64,000 nt of DNA, from the NCBI GenBank assembly GCA_004022145.1, contig RCNU01000004.1. One strand, given 5' to 3'. How positions within the stretch are numbered: position 1 is the stretch's first letter; each line of letters begins with the position of its first letter. The stretch is from Paecilomyces variotii (taxonomy: Eukaryota). The translations under genes were made by a program, and so were the position numbers. Below are positions 49,023-60,870 of the stretch, piece after piece. A model generated the notes under the pieces. That model had not been told where the DNA came from, did not search any database, and was given only the letters and a program-made list of their open reading frames with translations.

Positions 49023-49922
49023 ATGGCAGCAGTGGACGGCAAATTGTCCCATCCTCCTCATCCATATTACCCTCCGGAGGCTGAACTTATTGGCTACCTC
49101 GAAAATGAATACTCCGTGCTCAAACTCCTGGTCTACTTCGCTGCTGGCTGCGTAGGTATTCTGGGAAGCACACTGGCTATTGTTACCCGCATTCGTCCCT
49201 CGATGAATCGGGCAGATCAACTTGCTATCTTATGGTTTGTTCTATGTAAGACTCCGCGGATATCACTTTTGTACTTGAAAAAAAAAAAAAATAAAATAAC
49301 ATAAGCCACTGACCATTTGCCAGCCGGATCCCTCCATTGTTTTTTCGAAGGATACTTTGTCATCAACCATACGCATATCGCTCCAGCCCAAGATTTGTTC
49401 GGACAATTATGGAAGGAATATTCACTATCCGATTCTCGATATTTAACCTCGGACCCGATTGTCCTATGTATGGAGACCATCACCGTTGTAAGTAACATAT
49501 AGGGGCTTCCAGCACTGAGATCGAGTCTTCTAACCTCACGAATAGATAGTGTGGGGCCCATTGTGCCTCATAGTCGCATATTTCATTACCATTCAGCATT
49601 CACTTCGCTATCCGTTCCAGATAATCGTCTGCATGGCGCATCTCTATGGTGATGTCCTATACTACGCCACCAGCCTATTTGATCACTATTTTAACGAGGT
49701 CTCTTACTGCCGGCCAGAGGCGTACTACTTCTGGGGATACTACTTCTTGATGAACTTCATTTGGATTGTCGTTCCATTCTGTAAGTGTGATCTTGTCAGA
49801 TATCTATAGCGATAGTTATGTGACTAATGCGCTGTGTAGATTACCTATACGAAAGTATTACCAAGATCTCGCGGGCATTCAAAGCGTTGGATCAAAGTGC
49901 TGTTCTGCGCAAATCTAGGTAA
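49023..49922 (+). CDS. Emopamil-binding protein (EBP/EXPERA) family sterol delta8-delta7 isomerase
   Basis: HPYYP, LHCFFEGYF, GQLWKEYSLSDSRY, METITV|WGP, HLYGDVLYY and YFWGYYFLMNFIWIVVP. Introns at about 49246-49323, 49488-49549 and 49781-49839. Confidence 0.88.
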
Positions 49923-51345
49923 TCGAGCTATGCGACTAGCTGGACTTGCTATGCATCTCGTACTTCAAGTGAAACAAAGCTTGACCGCACTGAAGGCTGC
50001 CGGACATCGGCTTGACCACTACATATACGAATGACCCTAACGTTCAAAGTCGATTAGGTCTTGCTAATGACCATTGAAAGAACATAGTGGCTAATTATTA
50101 TAGATAGACCAGAGCAGACCACGAAGCTGTACAATACTCGTATAGATAACACTAGCATCGCACAGAAGTCGCGAGAAGCAAACACATAATACCGCCACTT
50201 CGAGCCCTAACGCATTTTGAGATATGATAGACCCACAGCCCTCGATTGCGACCGCATCTCATGTATATTCAATACGCTAGAGACAGACTGAACTCAAATG
50301 AAGCCATGGTGGCGATAGGTCGTGCAGCTCATCGGCTATGTAGAGTAACTTCACTGTAGAGCAATTACACAGCCGGAAGAGTGTATGGTAAATACTCTAC
50401 CGTAGACGTAAGTCTGTTTGCAACAACGGGAGCCGGCACATTGCCGGATTAGCCAGTCCTGCGATAGAATCCAATGGACGTGCAGGCCAGTGTCCAACGC
50501 CTATCTAGAGCTGGTTCCCTTGAGGCTTTAGCGGAGACACGGGACGGAAATGTGTGCCTGAAGTGTATGCCTGAAATCATTGCTGTCGTCTGGCCATTAT
50601 GCGGAGACAGGTAAACAAACCGGTTTTACTCTACTCTGAGGACATGGCGGAACATGCCAACTGCGAATGTCGCAGAGAGAAGATGTGATCTGACCTGATT
50701 GCTACAATGGACCTGCTCAGCTGCCCGGCTGCTCAGCAGACCTCTTCTTTGTAAGGATGTCGCCGACTTTCAGGTCAGCTGTCTGGATGTAATCACGGAT
50801 GACCAGCTAACTATTACTGCTACTACCACCATACAGTTGAGTGTGCTACTCCAAGCTAGTGAGTAGCAACTAGTCTGCGATATCCAATTATCCAAGAGCT
50901 ATCTTTAGCTGAGAGCTTAGCGCTATCTCTGAGCTGTGCTGGGTCCCCGTTACCCCGGCAGCCCATCCGCCCTCAGTTGACTGGTCCAGATGACCCTCTT
51001 GGAGAAACGTCACTATCGGGGACACTGACAAGCTTACTCTGCTGAGTCGTCCGTTTTCTTCTCTTTGTTTTTCTGCTTTCAGGTGGACGGTCATCAAGAA
51101 AACTGTCTTCAGAACGACCAACTCTTTTGCTTCGAGGCATGTACTGTTGAGGTTTGAAACGTCGGTGGTAAGTGCACATACACATACAAATGCACCACAC
51201 AAACACTAGTTAGTTGAGATCGGATGGACTGTGCTTTTGCCCTCCGCGCATCCACAACATTCCTGACCCCAGACTTCAATAACGTGGGCAATTCGCCCTG
51301 GAATGCGATCAAGAATGTCGCTGATCCGTATGTATCCAGATCTCA

Positions 51346-54300
51346 ATGCCGTCCCCAGCTCCCACGCGTCGCTCGTCCAAAAGCGGCGGGGTCACCAAGT
51401 CGACTCCAGCCAAGTCGAAAGCTGTGGACATTGGAAAACCGCTAGGCATTTACGACACCAATTCTGTACGGGAGAAAGTAAGGCTATGGCAGCACCAAGG
51501 AGGAGGTGTCATCACTGCCAATGATGTCCTTGCCGACGAGGACGACGAGAACATTCCGAAATCAAAGATAGAACAAGAAACACCGAAAGCGACCCCGCAC
51601 AAGACAGTGGCACGTCTGAAGGAGGTAGATGATGACTCCAATACAGATTCCAGGAAGAGGGGCAATATCGCTCCCCGCAAACGAGTCATCAGTGACGAAC
51701 ATTGGAAGATCAAAAGGAGCGCGCCGAAGACCCCTCCGCCAAAGACACGCCCGCCGAAACGGATCACAGTGTACAAGACAAACGACGAATTCATCAACTC
51801 TCCGGGGACAAAGAAAGGGGGTCCAAAGAGCGATACCTCTAAGTCTCGCATAGATGATGACGGAATAAGGATCTATGCCACCCCCCCTTCTTCACGGAGG
51901 CAGTCAAAGCAAACAAAGCATGCGCCTGACGAGGCGTCGAACGCCGAGAGCATACTGGAAGATGAAGCTTCGTCGATTGATCATACTCTTTCTACGCGAT
52001 CTAAGAAACGAAGCTCCCCCAAAACGCCAAAAGACAAGCATCATGATGAACCTGAGAGCGAACGAAGCGCCTTACTGCCCGAAGATGACGGCAATGAGTG
52101 GGCACCGAGCGAAGCAAATTTTTCTGAATTGTCGAGAAGACGAGCTCGAGGCCCGACTAATAGTACGCGACGGCCACCCCCAAAGATTCACAAAGGAGGT
52201 ATTTTTGGGCATATGCTGGACGAGTCAAAGAAGATGTTCGCGAGACCAGAGCCTCCTCCTCCCGCGCCCACGCGTGGCGCAAAGATCGAGGCATGGCTCT
52301 CTGCCACCTCTGATCCATTCATGGAAGATGATGGTTCGGACGTCGAGGTTCCGACACCGCTAAAGACCGTATCCAGCACGAAAGAGTCGTCACAAAGGAT
52401 GGAGTCCGAGGCTGACGAACCGTCCGAAAAGTCACCCGGCAGCAGCGGCTCTCGTCGAAGACGAAGCACACATCGCTCTCGAAGCCGTCGAAAGGATTAT
52501 TCTTATGTGAGCGACAAGGATAATATATCCTCTCGTGAGTCTCTCTCAGCTATAGCAGAAGAAGCTGCTCAGACCGCACGCCGGAAGAGCGACACCAGTT
52601 CATTGTCGACGGTAAGGCGAACTGCGGCTCATAAACGCAGTCAATCAGCTTCCAGGATTGGCAAAGATAGCCCACGGCATAAGGGCGAAGTTGATGAAAA
52701 GGAAAGCCATCCAGACACGGAATCACTACCGTTTTCTGACGGTTCAGAGGTCTCAGCCAGCGAAGCCCCGTTTCCTCTCAACACCAGACGCCCTTTTCCG
52801 AGCACGGGAGTGCACCGACTGTCCACAATACCTTCCGCGGAGACCCTGAGAACACACGAAGAAACCCAGCCGCAGACGACTGAATTGACAGACGAGTCAA
52901 AGAAAGAGGACCATAAGGCAAAAAGTCAGGATGATTCAAATCTGGAATCGGAGGAAAGAGATTCTTTTGACCCAAACTCCCTTCCCGGCTCATCTTCTGG
53001 TCTCAGGAGGCGGTTAACGACCCATGAGGACCTGATGTCAGTGCTTTCTGAACCCGGTACCAGGAATCGAAGCACTAGGTCTACCAGGAGCATTCGGTCG
53101 AACAGAAGCCGTTTGGCCAACGCGACCATGGATGACTTGATGCAGGAGCTCAGTTCAGATGAGACCAAGTACATGCGCGAACTTAGAACCTTAGTTGGCG
53201 GAGTCATTCCGGTCCTCTTAACGTGTGTGCTCTCGAGATCCGACTCGGCTATTGCCGCAGGGCTTTTCAGGCCTGCTCTGGACCCTAAAGATGACATGAA
53301 TTTCACGAAGCCCATTGTCGATATGGGAGTTGCCCTGGAGCGGCTGAAGTCGATGCACAAGCGCATCCCGCTGGATAATCCGGATACGCTTCTCACATGG
53401 GCTCATGGCGCGCAACGCGTCTATCGTGACTATCTCAAAGCCTGGAGATTGGGGTTTCAGGACGTGGTTGTCAATCTCGCCCCTCCGGAAGAGGGCGCAG
53501 CAGAGCCGAATTCTGACACCAAGAGTTTGGACCAAGGAATGGAAAGAGATGAGAGTGGCGACATTGTCAATGCGGATGGTCAGAAAGTTGATGTCGCATA
53601 TCTCCTGAAGAGACCTCTTGTGCGGCTGAAGTATCTGTCAAAGACGTTCAGAGGGATCAACACGCTTAAGCATTCTCCCAAGGCCGAAGAGATTGCCACT
53701 GCATACCAGGCGCTTGTCACGGAGGCACGCCGGCGTTCCAACGAAGAACGAGCAAGACTAGAAGATGAGTCTGCGGCTAGCATCGATCCCACCAGAGCTC
53801 GCGATCCCGGGACCCTGGCTGCGCTTCCCAATGTCAGCATTGACCAGACTCGCCGTGTACGGGCTAGAGATTTCTTCGACCTTTCCCTCTACCACTCCAG
53901 CGGTCAAATGGTTGACTGTCGTTCGGAACTTTTGCTGAGGGATAACGCGCCCGAAGATGGAGCTGGGGGCGATCTTCTTATATGTGAAGTGGACAATTCA
54001 GATCGTTGGTTGCTATTCCCTCCTATCGACATCAGCTGCGTCTCAGCCCGCAGCGGTGATGTGAAGGGTGAAATCGTCGTCATGATCAGGAGCCCGCCCG
54101 GTGAAAAAAGAGAATGGCAAGAACTTCTGTGCTTAATGATTGATGATGAAGAGATTGGCTTGGAATGGATACAGTTGTTGGGCAAGGACCCAGTTCCCCC
54201 GGCTATACACAGGACACAGAGCTTTATCGCCCGGTCGAAGGATCATAGCTCGAAGTCCCAGCAAGAGCGGTCGTCGGATTGCTCGCCAAAGCAAAAGCTG

Positions 54301-56595
54301 ACACCAAACCCGAGCGAAATCGATATTCCAATTGGAGAGCAAGCGACCGCCGCTTCTCGCTCCAAGCGCCGTTCTATCAGTCCAAAGGAACTGCTGTCAG
54401 AACCGAGCACTCTCAGTTACTCTTCCGCGGCGAAGTCAAGGACATCTTTATACTCTGCCATCACCAGAGAGTCAGACTATAGCCCTGTAGCATCAGAGTC
54501 TTCTCCCAAAGCGCATGCACCGGAAGACGTGCTCACCGCGAAATCTCCAACTGGTCTTAAGAGATCTAAAGCGAAACGGGTCTCGCGGCATGCGGAGAAT
54601 CTGCCATCGAGCCCTGCTTCAAGGATGTCTACCACCCCAGAGAGAGATGTCGTATCACCTCCTTCTCAGAAGCATGATCGATACTACGACGCCAAGGCGG
54701 CTACGAAATCTCCGGAGCCTGCAAGTGCGGTGCATCATAAACATGACAAGGACAAGTCTTCTCGGAGTCCTGTAGTGGATGAGAATCGTGAAAGGCGTCC
54801 GCGCGTTTCTTCAGTTCCATCGATGGATCTTCCAACTATCCGGAAAGTCAGAAAAGGAACACAAAGTCACAATACATCGACGATCCTGTCCACTGATGAG
54901 GATGATCTTGATGACTTCAGCGATATCTCTGATACTCCGAATACGGCCGTCAAGCCTCAGAAGGAGAATTCTGAGGGCGATGATCCCGACGACGCCCCTG
55001 CTCCACCGCCTCATCGTTCCCCGAGTACTGCACAGCTGAAACAGCAGAACATTCCGGTCCTCAGTCCAACCGCTGCTAGACAGAGACGACGTTCATCGTC
55101 CCCTCTGAAGCATGAATACGAGCCTTCTACCGCTTCAGACACTGCGTCCGAGTACTCAGAAACGTCCACTGTCATGCACTATGACATGGATTCCGAATAC
55201 TCCTCTTCTGAAACTTCGGACGATGAGCTGGAAGATGACGATATGCCGACTCCATTGCCTCCAATCCAGCCACAGAAGTCGCAGAAACGTTCTGCACCAT
55301 CTTCGATTCCGACTCTTCCTTGCGAGTCCCTGGATCCTTCTAATTCTGCCTCCCAAGGCCCATACAGAACTGTCCCTCTCCAGCCTGAGAAGTCATCAAA
55401 GGCAATCGCCTCGATATTCGGGTGGTCAGATAAGGGTACTTGGGAGAATCTTTTCCCCGACGAGTGCAGTATTACTGTCACTCCTGGACTTATAGAAGCG
55501 TTTGAGATGAATGCTGCTCACTCGAACCCAGAGGCGTTTGCTCAGGAGCGTCCATTGATCGCCCTAGAGCTCACTCCGTTGGTACCAATCCGTCGCGGCA
55601 CAGCAATTGACATAAGCATTCGTTCGCCGCCTACGGAAAGATCTAAGATCAAATCCAACAACAACATCATGTTCCGCTCTCGCAGTACGGAAGAATGTGA
55701 GGCCCTGTATGCCATGATCAATCATGCACGCATCAACAACCCGACATACATCGCCCTGCAAAATGCCAGAGGGCCGTTTGCCGGTCAGCCCGCATCTCTG
55801 GAGCGCTACAATTCCACACGTTCAAACAAGAGCGGAGGCTGGTTCAGCTGGCCAAAGCGGAGAAACAGCTACCGTGCTTCTGGTACGCCTCGATCGCTTG
55901 CAGAAGCCTCTGAAAGCAGTGTAGGAACCATGAGCAGTGCGTTCTCCGCGTTGAAGAAATTTGGCGCCGGAAGCAAAATGTTCAGCATTGCTCGGTCCAC
56001 AATCACATCGCGTACGGGTGGCAGCAAAGGGGACAGCCTGTACTCGAGCGAAGCAGGATCTGGTGCTAAGTCACCTGGTTCAGGACTCGCCGGGTTAGCT
56101 GGGGCTATCAAGGGCGTTGATGGCATCGGTCTCTCGAATGCGAAGATCAGATTATACCTTCGTGAAAGCCAATCGAAGTGGCGGGATTTGGGAGCTGCCC
56201 GCCTCACTATCATGCCAGCTTCCCCAGCTCCTTCTCGCCCACAGACCTCCGGGGGCAGCCCAGAAAATGGCAACATAAACTCTGAGGCCTCCGAGAGTTC
56301 CAGACCACCATCTGTATCTGCCCCGCCGCGTCGCGAGATGACGAGTGAGAAGCGCATCATTGTCCGTGGAAAGACACGCGGTGAGATCCTCCTGGACGTC
56401 TGCTTGGGCGAAAGCGCTTTCGAGCGTGTTGCCCGCACTGGTATCGCTGTTTCCGTGTGGGAGGAGAACGAAGGAGGTACCGTAGCCAAGGAGGGTGGCG
56501 TGACTGGTGGATCTTTCAAGATCTATATGATCCAGATGAAGACCGAGGCCGAAACGGCGTACACGTTTGGCCTAGTCGGGAAACTGAGATATTGA
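51346..56595 (+). CDS. Large (1749 aa) intronless protein with a divergent Dbl-homology-like region and probable PH-like domains, flanked by Ser/Arg-rich disorder
   Basis: ELSSDETKYMRELRTL and YLLKRPLVRLKYL resemble DH conserved regions 1 and 3. Beta-rich blocks follow, with C-terminal ERVARTGIAV...YMIQMKTEAETAYTF. Confidence 0.7.
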   Translation: MPSPAPTRRSSKSGGVTKSTPAKSKAVDIGKPLGIYDTNSVREKVRLWQHQGGGVITANDVLADEDDENIPKSKIEQETPKATPHKTVARLKEVDDDSNTDSRKRGNIAPRKRVISDEHWKIKRSAPKTPPPKTRPPKRITVYKTNDEFINSPGTKKGGPKSDTSKSRIDDDGIRIYATPPSSRRQSKQTKHAPDEASNAESILEDEASSIDHTLSTRSKKRSSPKTPKDKHHDEPESERSALLPEDDGNEWAPSEANFSELSRRRARGPTNSTRRPPPKIHKGGIFGHMLDESKKMFARPEPPPPAPTRGAKIEAWLSATSDPFMEDDGSDVEVPTPLKTVSSTKESSQRMESEADEPSEKSPGSSGSRRRRSTHRSRSRRKDYSYVSDKDNISSRESLSAIAEEAAQTARRKSDTSSLSTVRRTAAHKRSQSASRIGKDSPRHKGEVDEKESHPDTESLPFSDGSEVSASEAPFPLNTRRPFPSTGVHRLSTIPSAETLRTHEETQPQTTELTDESKKEDHKAKSQDDSNLESEERDSFDPNSLPGSSSGLRRRLTTHEDLMSVLSEPGTRNRSTRSTRSIRSNRSRLANATMDDLMQELSSDETKYMRELRTLVGGVIPVLLTCVLSRSDSAIAAGLFRPALDPKDDMNFTKPIVDMGVALERLKSMHKRIPLDNPDTLLTWAHGAQRVYRDYLKAWRLGFQDVVVNLAPPEEGAAEPNSDTKSLDQGMERDESGDIVNADGQKVDVAYLLKRPLVRLKYLSKTFRGINTLKHSPKAEEIATAYQALVTEARRRSNEERARLEDESAASIDPTRARDPGTLAALPNVSIDQTRRVRARDFFDLSLYHSSGQMVDCRSELLLRDNAPEDGAGGDLLICEVDNSDRWLLFPPIDISCVSARSGDVKGEIVVMIRSPPGEKREWQELLCLMIDDEEIGLEWIQLLGKDPVPPAIHRTQSFIARSKDHSSKSQQERSSDCSPKQKLTPNPSEIDIPIGEQATAASRSKRRSISPKELLSEPSTLSYSSAAKSRTSLYSAITRESDYSPVASESSPKAHAPEDVLTAKSPTGLKRSKAKRVSRHAENLPSSPASRMSTTPERDVVSPPSQKHDRYYDAKAATKSPEPASAVHHKHDKDKSSRSPVVDENRERRPRVSSVPSMDLPTIRKVRKGTQSHNTSTILSTDEDDLDDFSDISDTPNTAVKPQKENSEGDDPDDAPAPPPHRSPSTAQLKQQNIPVLSPTAARQRRRSSSPLKHEYEPSTASDTASEYSETSTVMHYDMDSEYSSSETSDDELEDDDMPTPLPPIQPQKSQKRSAPSSIPTLPCESLDPSNSASQGPYRTVPLQPEKSSKAIASIFGWSDKGTWENLFPDECSITVTPGLIEAFEMNAAHSNPEAFAQERPLIALELTPLVPIRRGTAIDISIRSPPTERSKIKSNNNIMFRSRSTEECEALYAMINHARINNPTYIALQNARGPFAGQPASLERYNSTRSNKSGGWFSWPKRRNSYRASGTPRSLAEASESSVGTMSSAFSALKKFGAGSKMFSIARSTITSRTGGSKGDSLYSSEAGSGAKSPGSGLAGLAGAIKGVDGIGLSNAKIRLYLRESQSKWRDLGAARLTIMPASPAPSRPQTSGGSPENGNINSEASESSRPPSVSAPPRREMTSEKRIIVRGKTRGEILLDVCLGESAFERVARTGIAVSVWEENEGGTVAKEGGVTGGSFKIYMIQMKTEAETAYTFGLVGKLRY

Positions 56596-57358
56596 GTCCT
56601 AACTTCGAACACCATATGATTCACGATTTACCTTACTATCCCTTTTTCGACACACGTTTTTGATTTCATGTTCATTTTCCTTATTCATTTTTTTTTTTTC
56701 ATTGAACTTCGAATCGTTTCCAACCTATCCCCCCTCGATGCATGCATACCAATATCCCACATTGATACTCCCCTACATGATCTCTGATGTCACTGCACAT
56801 GAACATGAAGATGCCAACCTCGATTTATTCATTAATATACGCATATCTAGACTATTTCTTTTCCTGTCCATGCTTTATTTGTTGATTTCTGTGTTTATGT
56901 TGTCTTTAGCGAAGCAAACCCAAGATACTCCTTCTGCCCTCGATAATATCGCGGCGTATGTTCAGAATGAATTTCATTCCAAAGCTGATTAGTCTTTGAC
57001 CGTGGTTTTATTTATTTGTCGTTGATTATTGTCTGCATGTTTCGGTTGCAGGGGTATTATGCAAACATTTTAGAGGCATCGACGTATTGCGTCCTTTTGT
57101 TCGAAGTCTGTCGGATAGAGCATTTCCATGCTACGGGAGGCTGGCCTATGTGGATGCTGATAGAATGTAAGATAGTTCTATTCGAATAATGAATATCCAT
57201 CCCTACTTTGGGAAGCACCGTGCTAATCCCGTAAGATGTTATGTTGGTAAATGAGCCCCTATTAACGTGAACATATATGGTAAATCACAGAAAATCATAT
57301 TTATATGTTATATCATAATCTACGAGTAAAAAAGAAAAGAAAGGAGAAGAAATCTAGT

Positions 57359-59826
57359 CTACTGCGCCCCCGCGACCAACTCCTTTTCCCTCCACCACCT
57401 CGCAATCTCCCCCGTCTGACAAAACTCAATCTCATCCTCCCCCCACCCCTTCAACCATCTCAACATTCTCTCCAACATCCCAATCACATGCGCCATCCCA
57501 CTCGTATCCGGATGCATGAGCACTGGGAAGATCGGCTCTTCCTCATTCTCTCGAATCCAGAGGAATCGATCCCGCCACATCTGTTCGATCACGCGCACGT
57601 CGACGTAGCCGTGTGAGTTGTGTGCGTGCGGGAGGAATTGCATCGGGGTCATGTCTTCCATGTACCAGTTGCAGGGGATGCAGACGAGGGGACGACGGTC
57701 GGGTTTGTTGTCGTTCGTGGGCGGCGGGATGGGATGCATCCAGGTTGAGGCTGGTTGGGAGAAGTCGATGGGTTGGAGGGCAGGACGACGAGGGGCGAAG
57801 AAAGGATGGGAATCGTGGTCGGTGAGAGAAGCGTCTGTAGGAAGGAGATCATTTGTGTTAGTGATGTTCGGGGAGAGAGAGGTTATGGATGTTTGATATA
57901 TCATATGACGTACCGTATTCAAAGCCATACTCCTCCAATAGATCGAGAGTTGATTCTCGAAGTTGATACAGTGGAGCTCTGTATCCAGCGGGTTTCTTTC
58001 CTGTTAGTTTCTTGGAAATCTCGATGCATCTCTCGAGTACATCACGCTCCTGCGCCGGTGTCATTTGGTATGCGCCCTCATGGGCGTAGCCGTGTAGTCC
58101 GATTTCGCAGCCAGATTCTACCACTTGGCGCACCTCCTCTGGGAAGCTCTCTGCGGAGTGGCCTGGAATGAACCATGTGCAGCGGTCGGCGATTCCGACT
58201 TTTTTAAGCATGTGGAGGAGACGCGGGACGCCGACTTTGGCGGCGAAAAAGCCAGAGGAGTAGTCGGCTAAGATGTTGTCTGGATGCGAACCTGTAGTTC
58301 AAGTTAGTATTGTCGGCTTGGAGAGAATAAGGGAGAGTCGAATGTAATACCTGTTCCCAGCCATCCTGAGACAGCATCCAGATCTATAGAGACGGATACA
58401 CGGATTTTGTTCCTCTTTGGTTTGGTGAGTGCTCTGGGGATAGACTGGGAAACACTCTGCTCTTGCGGTTTCGAAGCCACGGCCAGCTGACTAGAAGAGG
58501 ATGTCTTAACAACCTCGTTCTCTTTCCAGACAAGACGGCCCTCCATGCCTCCATCCACACTCAGGCACTCGCCAGAGATATGACCCGCGGCGCGGTGTGA
58601 GGCCAAAAATGCCATTGCGCGAGCGACGTCTTCGGGCTTCGCGATCTTCCTTAAGGGAACTCTAAAGAACCAGGTTAGTCTTTCAGAAGCCGCTCACATT
58701 AGGGGCTTTCCTTTTCGAATGAACATACGTAGCCTGCGCTTCAGCCCACATCTCCTTCGGATGATCAAGTCTACCCTCGATCAACGGGGTATTAACCCAA
58801 CCCGGCGCGACAGAATTGATCCTAGCCTTGCTGTTCAAACGAACAATCTCATTCTTCACGCCCCTAATCAACCCATACTGCAAACCAGCCTTTCCAGAAG
58901 CATACTCAGAATGACCCGCCTGACCAAACTTGCCGCACTCACTGCCCGTCACGACAATAGCCAGATTATCTAGTTCTCTACCAAGCGCATCCTGGGCGGC
59001 ATTTGCAGCGCGCAGGAAATGCTTGATGGTCAGGAATGTGCCTCGGATATTTGTCCTATAGGTCTTTTCCCATAGGTCCAGGGGCATTTCCCAGATGGGG
59101 TACTCGTTACTTTCGTCCGTGATACCTGCATTGGCGATTAGGATGTTGACGGGCCCGAAGCGCTTCCTGGCTTGTTGGAAGCAGGAACGGATGGATTCCT
59201 CGTCTGAAATATCACCCGTTACGGTGTGAAGACGGGCATATTGCTCGCCGTGAAGAGATGGGACCTCGATGGGTCGGAGGTCGTGTGCGGTGACATTGCA
59301 TCCGTGGTCTGTTGGAAATTGTTAGATCTTGTTGAGACGTACTTGACAATAGCAAACTACATAATATGACGATTCACACACAAATTTAAACTGCATCCAT
59401 ATAAGTGGGGAGTATTAAAATCACATACTAATCGCTGTATTGCCATAGATGCGCCCCTTCAAACTTATATAGTAACGGTATCCTCATTTCGATCAAATCC
59501 ACGACAAAGGGAAATGGAAAGACTCATGACACAACTAAAGGGAAAGAGAAAAGGAAACATTGTTTGAAATAAAACATGCTTTAGTTACCCGATGGAAGGA
59601 GCAGAAAATGGAGCCAATGCAGGTACAGTTTCAAACCCTGCAGATCAAGCAAAATTTCCAGACTCCTGGGTTCAACAAAAAAAAAAAAGGATCATCGAAG
59701 ACACTATAAGACGAAAGAAAGCTAACACATACCTAGAAACTCCCGAATAGCCTGGCTTCCAATTCCGCCAGCGGCACCAGTGATGAAGACATGTAACCCT
59801 TCAAGGCCTAGAAAAGAGTTGGACAT
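57359..59826 (-). CDS. Fusion protein: N-terminal short-chain dehydrogenase/reductase plus C-terminal CE4/NodB polysaccharide deacetylase (PgdA-like)
   Basis: SDR motifs TGAAGGIG, NAG, YASGK, NSVAPG and DGG; CE4 motifs SIDLD, HGYAH, RAPLY and LMH. Introns 59732-59309, 58728-58662, 58350-58292 and 57913-57835. The domain junction lies inside one open exon (58661-58351). Confidence 0.87.
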
Positions 59827-60199
59827 GGCGCCAGATTGAGGAGTCCGATATCCCTTTCACCGAAATTCGTTGGATGCTTAGACTGACAAGGCGCAATGGA
59901 TCAGGCGGTTATCTAATTTCGTAGTAATCCTGGCAGGGATGATGCCTGACAGGTTGTCTGTCGATAGAATAAACTGAAAGAGGGGATAGTTCTCGAAGAC
60001 CGACAACGGAGGAGGATATTGCTCTCAGTCCCAGAGTGGAGTGCGAGCCTTATCGATCAGCGGGGTCTCCGCGGATAGAGATGCTAAGTTAGTTCACTGA
60101 TTAGTGTACGATTATTCTTCATTTAGCGTATGTTCAGATCATTATTGTACTCTTGGCATCCTTTTCGGGGAAATAGCGCGACCCCGTTCGAGATGGACA

Positions 60200-60870
60200 C
60201 AGACTCTGGAGTCTGGATAGAGACTGCCACACAAGCATTGCCATTGGCTTCTAGACGAAATTATACTCTGCCCACGTTTGTACAGGTATGCCTAAGGCGG
60301 GGAAGGGCAATGCATGCTAAGGCCATTTGCCGATCTTCAATATGCTGATGTTGTTCTTGCACACATTCACTTTGCCGAGATAGGACGTTTGATACATGCA
60401 ACAAAAGGTTGGCAGTATCCTGAAAGATCTCAGAACAAGATATATCGTACTCTTATGATGCAAAATCAATTATCGTTGGGGAATATTATTGCTAAAGATT
60501 GGGACAAGTCCACTAAATATGCAGAACTATCAATTGATGGTTTGTGCAATTTGGATTGTGCACACTGGCCAGATTTCGCTACCCAACAAGGCGTGTGCAC
60601 TGACGTTTAGAGGAGGAGAGAATGTTGTGAGGAAGCTTCCCAGATGACACAAACTTATCTCGATCATCGAAAGAAGATCTTCGGGTTGATGGACGATGCA
60701 TCTTTCAGAACGCGGCTTGCCATACTTATCCTAGTTGACATCAGATTTCGCCAAAATCCCTAGGATGAAAGCTTCGACTGGCACATGAAGACAATAGAAG
60801 ACTACCCTTCAACTCCGGGGACAGTATCATCCCCGGATGGTGGCTGTCCCTGTAAGACCATGACAGCACC
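60200..60870 (+). pseudogene. Degenerate TPR-repeat gene fragment resembling the C-terminal part of fungal NB-ARC/TPR proteins
   Basis: Broken frames give VVLAHIHF...NQLSLGNIIAKDWDKSTKYAELSIDG...WPDFA and YLDHRKKIFGLMDDASFRTRLAILILVDIRFRQNP*DESFDWHMKTIEDY (stop at 60761-60763). Recognised by resemblance only. Confidence 0.5.
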
